Assembly (NCBI GenBank): GCA_963776345.1
Contig: CAVZMH010000019.1
Coordinates: 160,001 to 224,000 of the forward strand
Direction: 5' to 3'
DNA from: an uncultured delta proteobacterium
GTDB lineage: Bacteria; Myxococcota; Myxococcia; Myxococcales; Myxococcaceae
DNA: 64,000 nt
Shown: positions 46,687-54,687 of the stretch, in pieces
Position numbering within the stretch: position 1 is the stretch's first letter
Layout of the letters: each line of letters starts with the position of its first letter
Notes under the pieces: generated by a model
Told to the model about the DNA's origin: nothing
Databases searched by the model: none
What the model saw: only the letters and a program-made list of their open reading frames with translations
Made by a program: the position numbers and the translations under genes

Positions 46687-47802
46687 ATGCACGCGCTCCT
46701 CGCCCCGAGCACCCGGTGGCCGCTGGCCAGGCTCACCACCCGGAAGGTGGGGCGGGCGCGGGTCCTCCTCGGCAGCAGGCCCGCCCTGGTGGCCGAGCTC
46801 GACGCGCTCCGGAGCGCCGCCGTCCGCGCGATGTCCGCCGCGCTCGGCGCCGAGGTCCAGCTGGCCGCCCGGATGGCGGACACGCCCGTCGCGTCCTCCC
46901 GTGCGCTCGGGCACACCGCGCTCCTCTGTCTCCTCGCGCTGGGCGGCCCAGGGGCGGAGGCCGTGCTGGAGCTGGATCCGCGACTCGCCGCAGCCCTCGC
47001 CGCGCAGCGCGCCGGTGGGGCCGGGCCCGACGCTCCGGTGCTCGCGGTCACCCGCTTCGAGCGCGCGCTCCTGGCCGAGCTGCTGCTCACCGTGCTCGCG
47101 GCGCTCCGCGAGCTCGGAGCGGCCGAGTCGCGCTGGCGGCCGCGCCTGCTCGAGGTGGGGGCCGGTCGGGCGGAGGCCGAGCGGCGCCTCGGCCCGGGTC
47201 GCTGCCTGGTGGTGGAGCTCGGGCTGGAGACCGCCGCGGTGCACGGCCGGGCCGTCCTCCTCCTCCCCGAGCTCGCGCTGAGGGCCGTCGCGCTCGCCCT
47301 TCCACCTCGGCGCGCCCGGCCCGGCCCGGGGCCCGGGCACGCCCGGCTTTCCTTCTCGCCGCGCGTTCGCTGCGGCTCCGTCTGGCCGCAGGAGCTCGCC
47401 CGGCTCGTCCCGGGGGCGGCGGTGGTGCTCCCCGGCGCGCGGCTCGTGGACGGAGTGCTGCACGGACCCGTGGCGCTCGTGCGGCCCGGAGTGTCGCTCG
47501 CCGGAGCGCTCGCCGCCGACGGCCTTCGCCATTCCGGCGCGGAGCTGCACGCGCCTTCCCCGGAGGTCACGCACGTGGATCCTGCACTGTCCGAGCTGCC
47601 GGTCGAGCTGGAGGTGGAGCTCGCCCGCGTCCCCCTGTCGCTCTCCGAGGTCGGCGCCCTGCAGCCGGGCGCGGTGCTGCCCCTCCGGGTGAGCGCTGGC
47701 GACCCGGTCTTCCTCCGCGCCGGAGACCGCCGCATCGCCCGGGCCGAGCTGGTGGACGTGGAGGGCGAGGTCGCCGCCCGCATCCTGGAGCTCGTTCCAT
47801 GA
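46687..47802 (+). CDS. sctQ: T3SS C-ring protein SctQ (FliM/FliN-like SpoA domain)
   Basis: C-terminal LSELPVELEVELARVPLSLSEVGALQPGAVLPL...IARAELVDVEGEVAARI; start uncertain. Confidence 0.8.
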   Translation: MHALLAPSTRWPLARLTTRKVGRARVLLGSRPALVAELDALRSAAVRAMSAALGAEVQLAARMADTPVASSRALGHTALLCLLALGGPGAEAVLELDPRLAAALAAQRAGGAGPDAPVLAVTRFERALLAELLLTVLAALRELGAAESRWRPRLLEVGAGRAEAERRLGPGRCLVVELGLETAAVHGRAVLLLPELALRAVALALPPRRARPGPGPGHARLSFSPRVRCGSVWPQELARLVPGAAVVLPGARLVDGVLHGPVALVRPGVSLAGALAADGLRHSGAELHAPSPEVTHVDPALSELPVELEVELARVPLSLSEVGALQPGAVLPLRVSAGDPVFLRAGDRRIARAELVDVEGEVAARILELVP

Positions 47803-48110
47803 GCCTTGCCCCGTTCGTCCGTCGTCCCGTCGAGCTGCTCGCCCCGCTGGGAGGCGCGATGCTGGTGCTGCTGGTCCTCGGCCCGGGCCTCCGCGGCGCC
47901 GCGGGCGCGGTGCTCGCCGCCGCCGCCGCGGTCGCGGTCAGGCTCCTGCCGCGCCCGGCTGCCGCCGCGGAGGCGCGCCCAATCCGGGTGATCGACCGGC
48001 TGCAGCTCGGGCCGCGCCTCTCGGTGGTCCTCGTGGAGACCGCCGGCCGCCGCTACCTGGTTACCAGCGGGGCGACCGTCACCCCGCTCCCGCCGGAGGA
48101 CCGGCCGTGA
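47799..48110 (+). CDS. Small FliO-like membrane protein
   Basis: ATG overlaps the sctQ stop; TM followed by IRVIDRLQLGPRLSVVLVETAGRRYLV. Confidence 0.7.
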   Translation: MSLAPFVRRPVELLAPLGGAMLVLLVLGPGLRGAAGAVLAAAAAVAVRLLPRPAAAAEARPIRVIDRLQLGPRLSVVLVETAGRRYLVTSGATVTPLPPEDRP

Positions 48111-48794
48111 ACGGATCGCTCGGCTCTCCTCGCAGGGCCGGTCACGCTCCCCGAGGCGGGGGCGAACCCGGTGGGCCTGCTGCTCCTGCTCGCGGGGATG
48201 AGCCTGCTCCCGTTCCTCCTGGTGATGTTCACCAGCTTCACCAAGATCAGCGTCGTCCTCTCCCTCACCCGCTCGGCACTGGGCACCCAGCAGGCGCCGC
48301 CGACCATGGTGCTGACCGGGCTCGCCGCCGTGCTCTCGCTGGTGGTGATGGGCCCGGTGGGGGAGGCGATGCTGTCCCGGGTCGACGCGGGGAAGCTGCC
48401 CTCCGCGCCCGGGCCGGAGATGCTCCGCGCCGTCTCCCGTGCCGCCGAGCCGCTGCGGGCCTTCTTGCTCGAGCACGGTAGCCCGGAGCTCCGCGCCGAG
48501 TTCGCGGGGCTCGCGCGCGAGCTGCGCGGCGGCGCCGAGGTGTCCGAGACCGACCTCGGGGTGGTGGCGCCGGCCTTCGTGCTCTCCGAGCTGAAGCAGG
48601 CCTTCCAGATCGGCTTCCTGGTCTTCCTCCCCTTCCTGGTGGTGGACATGGTGGTGGCCAACGTGCTGCTCGCCCTGGGGATGCAGTCGCTGTCCCCGTC
48701 GCAGGTGAGCCTGCCGTTCAAGGTCCTCCTCTTCGTCGCCGTGGACGGCTGGGCGCTCCTGGCGCGCAGCCTCGTGCAGGGGTATCGGGCATGA
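48107..48794 (+). CDS. sctR: T3SS export apparatus protein SctR (FliP family); probable 5' frameshift, open frame 48171-48794
   Basis: TSFTKISVVLSLTRSALGTQQAPP, PAFVLSELKQAFQIGF, FLPFLVVDMVVANVLLALGM, LPFKVLLFVAVDGW. Confidence 0.9.
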
Positions 48795-49057
48795 GCACCG
48801 AGGCGCTCCTCACGGTGGGCCGCGAGGCGCTGGTGCTGATGGTCCTCGCCTCCATGCCTCCGGTGCTCGCCGGGCTGGTGGCGGGCGTCACCATGGGCCT
48901 GCTCCAGGCGGTGACCCAGGTGCAAGAGGCGACGCTCTCGGTCGTCCCGCGGCTATGTGCGGCGCTGCTCGCGCTGGCGGTGGCCTTTCCGTGGATCGGC
49001 GGGCAGCTCCTCCGCTTCACCGCGGCGCTCTTCCAGGCGGTGGGGTCGGTCCGGTGA
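48791..49057 (+). CDS. sctS: T3SS export apparatus protein SctS (FliQ family)
   Basis: GLLQAVTQVQEATLSVVPRL; 88 aa, two TM. Confidence 0.92.
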   Translation: MSTEALLTVGREALVLMVLASMPPVLAGLVAGVTMGLLQAVTQVQEATLSVVPRLCAALLALAVAFPWIGGQLLRFTAALFQAVGSVR

Positions 49058-49830
49058 TCCGCGCGCTCGCCACGCTGGCCGACGCCGCGCGGCCCGAGAT
49101 CCTCGGCTGGGTGCTCGCCTCGATGCGCGTGCTGCCAGTCGCCCTCCTCTGCCCGCTGCTGGGTGGGCAGCTCGTCCCCGCCCCGGTGCGGCTCGCGGTG
49201 GCCGGCTCGCTCGCCCTCGCGCTCCGGCCGCTCGCCGGCGTCGCCGGGGACCCCTCGCTCGAGTTCTGGGTCCGGTGCGGGCGCGAGGCGGGCGTGGGCT
49301 TGCTGATGGGGCTCGGGGCGGCGCTCCCCTTCGACGCCGCGCGCATCGGCGGCCGCCTGGTCGACCTGGTCCGTGGCACCTCGGCGGAGGCGGCGCTCCC
49401 GGTCGCCGGGCACCGCGAGTCGGCGACGGGGGACGTCCTGTACCAGCTGCTGGTGTCGCTCGCCCTCGCCGGCGGCGCGCTGCCCCTGGCGGTCCGCGCG
49501 CTCGCCAGGAGCCACGGGGTGCTTCCGCTCGGCGGCGCGGTCGCGGGCGCAGGGGAGGCGCTCGCGCTGGCCCGGCTGGTGGGCGTGTCGCTCGCCACCG
49601 GCCTCGCCGTCGCGGCGCCGGTCGTCGCGCTGAGCTGGGCCACCGACGCCGCGGTCGGGCTCGCGCTCCGCGCGGCGCCGGGCCTTCCTCTGACCGAGCT
49701 GGCTACGCCGGTGCGCATCCTCGGCGGGGCCACCGTGGTCTGGCTCTCGCTCGGGCTCGCCGCGGACCGGATGCTGGGGCTGGTGCTCGCGCCGGACTCG
49801 GGCTGGATGCAGGTGGCGCTCGGGCCGTGA
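49054..49830 (+). CDS. sctT: T3SS export apparatus protein SctT (FliR family)
   Basis: REAGVGLLMG, AARIGGRLVDLVRG, LAVAAP; hydrophobic; GTG overlaps the sctS stop. Confidence 0.85.
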   Translation: MIRALATLADAARPEILGWVLASMRVLPVALLCPLLGGQLVPAPVRLAVAGSLALALRPLAGVAGDPSLEFWVRCGREAGVGLLMGLGAALPFDAARIGGRLVDLVRGTSAEAALPVAGHRESATGDVLYQLLVSLALAGGALPLAVRALARSHGVLPLGGAVAGAGEALALARLVGVSLATGLAVAAPVVALSWATDAAVGLALRAAPGLPLTELATPVRILGGATVVWLSLGLAADRMLGLVLAPDSGWMQVALGP

Positions 49831-50861
49831 GCGGCGACCGGACCGAGGAGCCCACCCCGCGGCGGCTGCGGCAGGCGCGGGAGCGGGGGCAGGTGCCGCG
49901 GAGCCGGCTCTTCTCCGGCAGCCTGGTGCTCGCCGGCGGAAGCGCCGGGGCGGCGGCGGGGCTGGCCGTCGCGACCGACGGACTCCGCGCCTGGACCGCC
50001 ACGCTGCTCGTCCAGGAGACGACGGTTCCCGCCGCGCTCCACCAGGCGCTGACCCTGCTCGCCCGGGCCTGCGCTCCGGCGCTGGGGGGCGCGGCGCTCG
50101 GCGCGGCCGTCGCCGGGCTTGCCACCTCAGGCTGGTCCCCGTCGAGCGCGGTGCTGGTGCCGCGGCTGGAACGCCTCGACCCGGTCGCCGGGCTCCGGCG
50201 GCTCCTGAGCTGGCGGATCGCGGCCGAGCTCGCCCGGAGCCTCGCCGTGGCCGTGCTCCTCCTGGGCGTGCTGGTGGGCGGAGCCTGGGCGTTGCTGCCC
50301 TCGAGCCTGCGGCTCCCTGCGGCGCATGCGCCCGGAGCGGGCCTGCTCCTGCTCCGTTCGGAGGCGCTGCGCACCTGGGCGCGCGCGCTCCTGCTGGCCG
50401 CCGCGCTGGGGGTGCTGGACCTCGTGCTCGCCCGGCGGAGGCACCGCCGCTCGCTGCGGATGAGCCGCGACGAGGTCCGGCGCGAGCACCGTGAGCAGGA
50501 GGGGGATCCGCGTCACCGGGCCCACCGCCGCGCCGCCCATCGCCAGCTCCTCCTCTCCGGACGGGCCCGCGGGGTGAGGGCCGCCTCGGTGGTGGTGGTG
50601 AACCCGACGCACGTGGCGGTGGCCCTGCGCTGGGCGCCCGAGGAGTGCGACGCGCCATACCTGGTCGCCAGGGGCCGGGAGGACGAGGCCCGCGCCATCC
50701 GTGCCGAGGCGCTCGCGCTCGGCATCCCCGTGGTCCGCGACGTGGCGCTCGCGCGCGGGCTCGTCCACTACGACCTCGGCGAGGAGGTGCCGGAGGAGCT
50801 CTACCGCGCCGCCGCCGTCGTGCTCGAGCTGGCCCTCGACCGGACGGAGGCCTCCCCATGA
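49827..50861 (+). CDS. sctU: T3SS export switch protein SctU (FlhB family)
   Basis: RTEEPTPRRLRQARERGQV, MSRDEVRREHREQEGDP, VVVNPTHVAVAL (NPTH autocleavage motif). Confidence 0.93.
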   Translation: MSGDRTEEPTPRRLRQARERGQVPRSRLFSGSLVLAGGSAGAAAGLAVATDGLRAWTATLLVQETTVPAALHQALTLLARACAPALGGAALGAAVAGLATSGWSPSSAVLVPRLERLDPVAGLRRLLSWRIAAELARSLAVAVLLLGVLVGGAWALLPSSLRLPAAHAPGAGLLLLRSEALRTWARALLLAAALGVLDLVLARRRHRRSLRMSRDEVRREHREQEGDPRHRAHRRAAHRQLLLSGRARGVRAASVVVVNPTHVAVALRWAPEECDAPYLVARGREDEARAIRAEALALGIPVVRDVALARGLVHYDLGEEVPEELYRAAAVVLELALDRTEASP

Positions 50862-52885
50862 AGGCGCGCTTGCGGCGAGCCCTCGGCGTCGTGCTCGCGA
50901 GCCGCGAGCTGGTGCTGCCCTGCTTGGTGGCGGCCATCCTCGGGGCGCTGGTGGTCCCGCTCCCCTGCTGGCTCCTCGACCTCGGCCTGGCGCTGAACCT
51001 GGTCGCCGCCGCCGCGCTGCTGATCGCCGCGCTCCGGGCGGCCGGTCCGCTCGAGCTGAGCGCCTTTCCCACGCTGCTCCTGGTCACCACGCTCTTCCGG
51101 CTGGCGCTCAACGTCTCCTCCACCCGGCTGGCGCTGGCCGACGGGCACGCCGGCGCCGTCATCCAGGCGTTCGGCGAGTTCGTGGTGCGCGGCGACTACG
51201 TGGTGGGGGGCGTGGTGTTCGCGGTGGTGACGCTGGTGCAGTTCCTGGTGGTGGCCAAGGGCGCCGAGCGGGTGAGCGAGGTCGCGGCCCGCTTCACCCT
51301 CGACGCCATGCCCGGCAAGCAGATGGCCATCGACGCCGACCTCCGGGCCGGGCTCATCGACCAGGGCGCCGCGCGCGAGCGCCGCCGGAGCCTGGAGCGC
51401 GAGTCGCAGATGTTCGGGGCGATGGACGGCGCGATGAAGTTCGTCAAGGGGGACGTCCTGGCCGGGCTGGTCATCGTCCTGGTGAACCTGGTGGGCGGGG
51501 TGCTGGTGGGCATGCTCCAGCGCGGCCTCGACGGTCAGGAGGCGCTGGCCCGCTACGCGCTCATCGCCATCGGGGACGGGCTGGTGAGCCAGGTTCCCTC
51601 GCTGTGCATCGCGGTCGCCGCCGGCCTGGTGGTGACCCGCGTGACGCCGGGCGAGGAGGGACAGGGGCTCGGCGAGGACATCGGGCTGCAGCTCTTCGGG
51701 AGCCGCGGGGCGCTCTGGCTCCTCGCCGGCGTCGCCGCTGCGCTGTCGCTCGTGCCGGGGATGCCGCGCCTCACCTTCCTCGCCGTGGGCGCGGCGCTGC
51801 TGGCCCTCGCACGCCGGTGGCGCCCGGGCGAGGCGTCGGCGCCCGAGGCTCCGGCGGCGCAGTCCGGTCCTCCCCCGCAGCCCGAGGCGGCCGAGTGGGG
51901 CCCCTGCGTCTCGCCGCTCGCGCTCGAGCTCGCGCCGGGATGGACGGAGGAGCCAGCCGGAGTGCGCGCCTTCCAGGACGCGCTCCGGCGGATGCGCCGA
52001 GCGCTCGAGGCCGAGCTCGGCTTCCGGATCCCCGGAGTCCACGTCCGGGCCGGCGCGGCGCTGCCCGAGGGGAGCTACCGCATCCTGGTGGACGAGGTGC
52101 CCGCCGCCGCGGGCCAGCTCCCCAGCTCGGGCCTGCTCGTGCGGACCCCGGCGGCCGAGCTGGCCTTCCTCGCGGTGGAGGCCGAGCCGGTGGAGGATCC
52201 GTCCACCGGACGCGCGCTGGCGCGGGTTCCCGAGCCGGCGCGGGACCGGCTCGCGCTCGCCGGGGTGGATGCGCTCGCCCCGGCGGAGGTCGTGGTCGAG
52301 CACCTCGCCAGCGTGGCCCGGCGGCACGCCCCGGTGTTGCTCGGGCTGCAGGACGTGCAGCTGCTCCTCGATGGGCTCGAGGCCCGTACCCCGGCCCTGG
52401 TCCGCCCGGCGCTGGAGAAGGTGTCGCTGCCCGTGCTCACCGACGTCCTGCGGCGCCTGCTGCACGAGGGGGTGAGCGTCAGGAATCTCCGCGGGGTGCT
52501 GGAGACGCTCGCCTCACCCGGGGTGGAGGGCGACGCCGCGGCGCTGGCCGAGCGCTGCCGGCGGTCCCTGGCGCGGTGGATCAGCCACCGCCATGCCCCG
52601 TCCGGCGCGCTCTTCGCCTGGCTGGTGGACCCGGCGCTGGAGGAGACCCTCCGCACGCGCACGGTGGACGGCGCGCCGGCGCTCGAGCCCGAGCGGGTGC
52701 AGGCGCTGCTCGAGGCGGTGGGCGAGCTGGTCCAGGATGGGCGCGCGGTGCTCCTCGCCTCCGGCGACGTCCGCCGGGCGCTCCGGGCGCTCTGCGAGGG
52801 GGCGTTCCCCGAGGTGGCAGTGCTGGCCTACGCCGAGCTGGATCCGGCGCTCCGGGTCCAGCCGCTCGGCAGGCTCTCCGCCTAA
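50858..52885 (+). CDS. sctV: T3SS export gate protein SctV (FlhA family)
   Basis: FPTLLLVTTLFRLALNVSSTR, KGAERVSEVAARFTLDAMPGKQMAIDADL, FGAMDGAMKFVKGD, IGDGLVSQ. Confidence 0.95.
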   Translation: MKARLRRALGVVLASRELVLPCLVAAILGALVVPLPCWLLDLGLALNLVAAAALLIAALRAAGPLELSAFPTLLLVTTLFRLALNVSSTRLALADGHAGAVIQAFGEFVVRGDYVVGGVVFAVVTLVQFLVVAKGAERVSEVAARFTLDAMPGKQMAIDADLRAGLIDQGAARERRRSLERESQMFGAMDGAMKFVKGDVLAGLVIVLVNLVGGVLVGMLQRGLDGQEALARYALIAIGDGLVSQVPSLCIAVAAGLVVTRVTPGEEGQGLGEDIGLQLFGSRGALWLLAGVAAALSLVPGMPRLTFLAVGAALLALARRWRPGEASAPEAPAAQSGPPPQPEAAEWGPCVSPLALELAPGWTEEPAGVRAFQDALRRMRRALEAELGFRIPGVHVRAGAALPEGSYRILVDEVPAAAGQLPSSGLLVRTPAAELAFLAVEAEPVEDPSTGRALARVPEPARDRLALAGVDALAPAEVVVEHLASVARRHAPVLLGLQDVQLLLDGLEARTPALVRPALEKVSLPVLTDVLRRLLHEGVSVRNLRGVLETLASPGVEGDAAALAERCRRSLARWISHRHAPSGALFAWLVDPALEETLRTRTVDGAPALEPERVQALLEAVGELVQDGRAVLLASGDVRRALRALCEGAFPEVAVLAYAELDPALRVQPLGRLSA

Positions 52886-52967
52886 GACTGCGGCCGCACT
52901 GACCTCGCCGACTGAGCCCCTGACGAGACCCTGACCCGGATCTCGTCAGCGGCCGCCTTGACCTAGG
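52886..52967 (+). repeat. ~82-bp intergenic repeat, copy 2
   Basis: Direct-orientation copy of 27054-27136 with a few mismatches; fills the gap between the sctV and HU/IHF stop codons. Confidence 0.9.
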
Positions 52968-53292
52968 CGGCGTCCTCGTCGCTCGAGGAGCCCGACGACT
53001 CCACGCGCGAGGAGGTCGCCCGGTTGACCCGGTCCCGCAGCTCCTTGCCCGTCCGGAACAGCAGGCCCCGCTTTGGCTTCACCGGGATGACCTGTCCCGT
53101 CTTGGGGTTGCGGCCCTGGTAGCCGTCGTAGTGCTTGACGTGAAAGGCGCCAAGCCCGCGGATCTCGATGTTTTCTCCGCGGCAGAGGGCGTCCTTCATC
53201 GATTCGAAGATCGTCTCGATGGTCGCCTCGGCCTGCTTCTGCGTGATTCCGCGCTTGGACACGAGGATGTTGATGAGGTCGCTCTTCAGCAT
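52963..53292 (-). CDS. HU/IHF family DNA-binding protein
   Basis: MLKSDLI, IEIRGLGAF, GRNPKTG, FRTGKELRDRVN. Confidence 0.95.
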   Translation of the reverse strand: MLKSDLINILVSKRGITQKQAEATIETIFESMKDALCRGENIEIRGLGAFHVKHYDGYQGRNPKTGQVIPVKPKRGLLFRTGKELRDRVNRATSSRVESSGSSSDEDAA

Positions 53293-53340
53293 CGCCGGGA
53301 CGCTCCCTTGGCAGGTCGGCGAACCCGCCAGTGGTTCTGG

Positions 53341-53369
53341 ACACTTGCAGAATCCCGCGCGCCATGCAA
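53341..53369 (-). promoter_or_regulatory. Candidate promoter of the HU/IHF gene
   Basis: TTGCAT-17 bp-AAGTGT on the minus strand; shares TCTGCAAGTGT with the site at 57466-57495. Confidence 0.45.
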
Positions 53370-53400
53370 GCGGGGCTGTGCGACAAGCTGCGGCAATGCC

Positions 53401-54687
53401 TCAGGATTTTGGTGGGAGCGGCCGGCCCTCGAGCTCGGCCAGGGCCACCCAGCTCCAGGACTGGAGCTTCCCGGAGGCCTCGGCGTCGGCCGCGAGGAGC
53501 ACGGCGTCGATCTTCGCCAGGTCCGGGGCCGGGAGCGACGGGTCGAGCCCATCCGGGGGGCCGAGCCCATGTCCGCCGAGTGCCGCGGTGACGTGCCCCA
53601 GGGTGAGCTGGGCCGGGTCCCTGGCAGGGCTCCAGCCGGAGTGCCGCCCCTCGTGCACGAGGTCCGCGTCGCGCAGGGCCTCGAGGATGGGCTGCACCAC
53701 GTCCTCGGGGAGCTCGATCTCCCGGGACAGCGACGCCCGGTCCGGGGCGCGGCCCTGCTCGACCCACGAGCGGGTGAGGTGCTGGACGACGCGCACCGCC
53801 GCCAGCTCCCGCCCGCGAGGGTGCCCGACCAGCGCGGGCCAGACCGACTGGAAGCGCGCGTTCTGGAGCGCGTAGGCCAGCCGGGCCCCGGCGAGCACGA
53901 TGAGCCAGCTCAGGTAGAGCCAGAGGAGGAAGAGGGGGATGGCGCCGAGCGAGCCGTAGAGCACGCTGTAGCGGAAGGTCTCCGCGGCGAAGCCCGCGTA
54001 CCCGGCCCGGAGCGCCGTCCAGAGGAGCCCCGCCACCCCGGCGCCGATGAAGGCAAAGGCCCAGCGCACGCGGCAGTTGGGGGTGACGACGTACAGGATG
54101 GTGAGCGCGCCGATGGCGGTGAAGATCGCGACCACCGAGAGGATCTCCCCGCTGAAGGGGATGCCTGCGTCGTGGAGGAACCGCCGGAGCGCGGTGTTGG
54201 CCGACACCGCGGTGGCGAGCAACAGCGGGACCGCGAACATCGCCGCGAGCCAGACCAGGATCCGGACCGGCCAGGGCCGGTTCTCGCGGACGCTCCACAC
54301 CTCGTTCAGCGAGTGGTCGAGCATCCGGACCAGCGGGATGGCGGACAGCACGAGCAGGACGAAGCCCACCGACCCGGCCATCCGGACCGAGGCGTCGGTC
54401 AGGATGCCGCGCAGGGTCGCCAGCGTGCTCTCGGCGAGCCCGGGCGACAGCAGGCGCAGGACGAGGTGCTCCATCCGGCGCTCGAAGCTCTCCTCGCCCA
54501 CGGCCCGCATCAGGACCAGGCCCACCACCGCCAGGGGCACGAGGGAGAAGATGCTGATGTAGGTGAGCGCGGCGGCGCGGAGCCCGAGGTGCTCCCCGCG
54601 GTAGCCCGAGAAGACGGCCCGGATGCGCCGCGCCCCCTCGCCGGACCTTCTCGTGGTGAGGGAAGCCGCCGTCACCGGCTCCGCCAT
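53401..54687 (-). CDS. YihY/BrkB family membrane protein with a C-terminal winged-HTH-like domain
   Basis: LRAAALTYISIFSLVP, LNEVWSV, YSVLYGSLGAIPLFLLWLYLSWLIVLAGA; C-terminal WSPARDPAQLTL. Confidence 0.88.
   Translation of the reverse strand: MAEPVTAASLTTRRSGEGARRIRAVFSGYRGEHLGLRAAALTYISIFSLVPLAVVGLVLMRAVGEESFERRMEHLVLRLLSPGLAESTLATLRGILTDASVRMAGSVGFVLLVLSAIPLVRMLDHSLNEVWSVRENRPWPVRILVWLAAMFAVPLLLATAVSANTALRRFLHDAGIPFSGEILSVVAIFTAIGALTILYVVTPNCRVRWAFAFIGAGVAGLLWTALRAGYAGFAAETFRYSVLYGSLGAIPLFLLWLYLSWLIVLAGARLAYALQNARFQSVWPALVGHPRGRELAAVRVVQHLTRSWVEQGRAPDRASLSREIELPEDVVQPILEALRDADLVHEGRHSGWSPARDPAQLTLGHVTAALGGHGLGPPDGLDPSLPAPDLAKIDAVLLAADAEASGKLQSWSWVALAELEGRPLPPKS

Noticed and set aside
29660..46687. 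Annotating the insert as a transposon or integrative element
   Set aside because: No integrase, transposase, terminal inverted repeats or target duplication were seen at the junctions
46687..52885. Flagellar export operon (fliN/O/P/Q/R, flhB, flhA)
   Set aside because: No flagellar structural or motor genes; the linked ring protein is a short lipoprotein of SctJ type with rod- and needle-like neighbours
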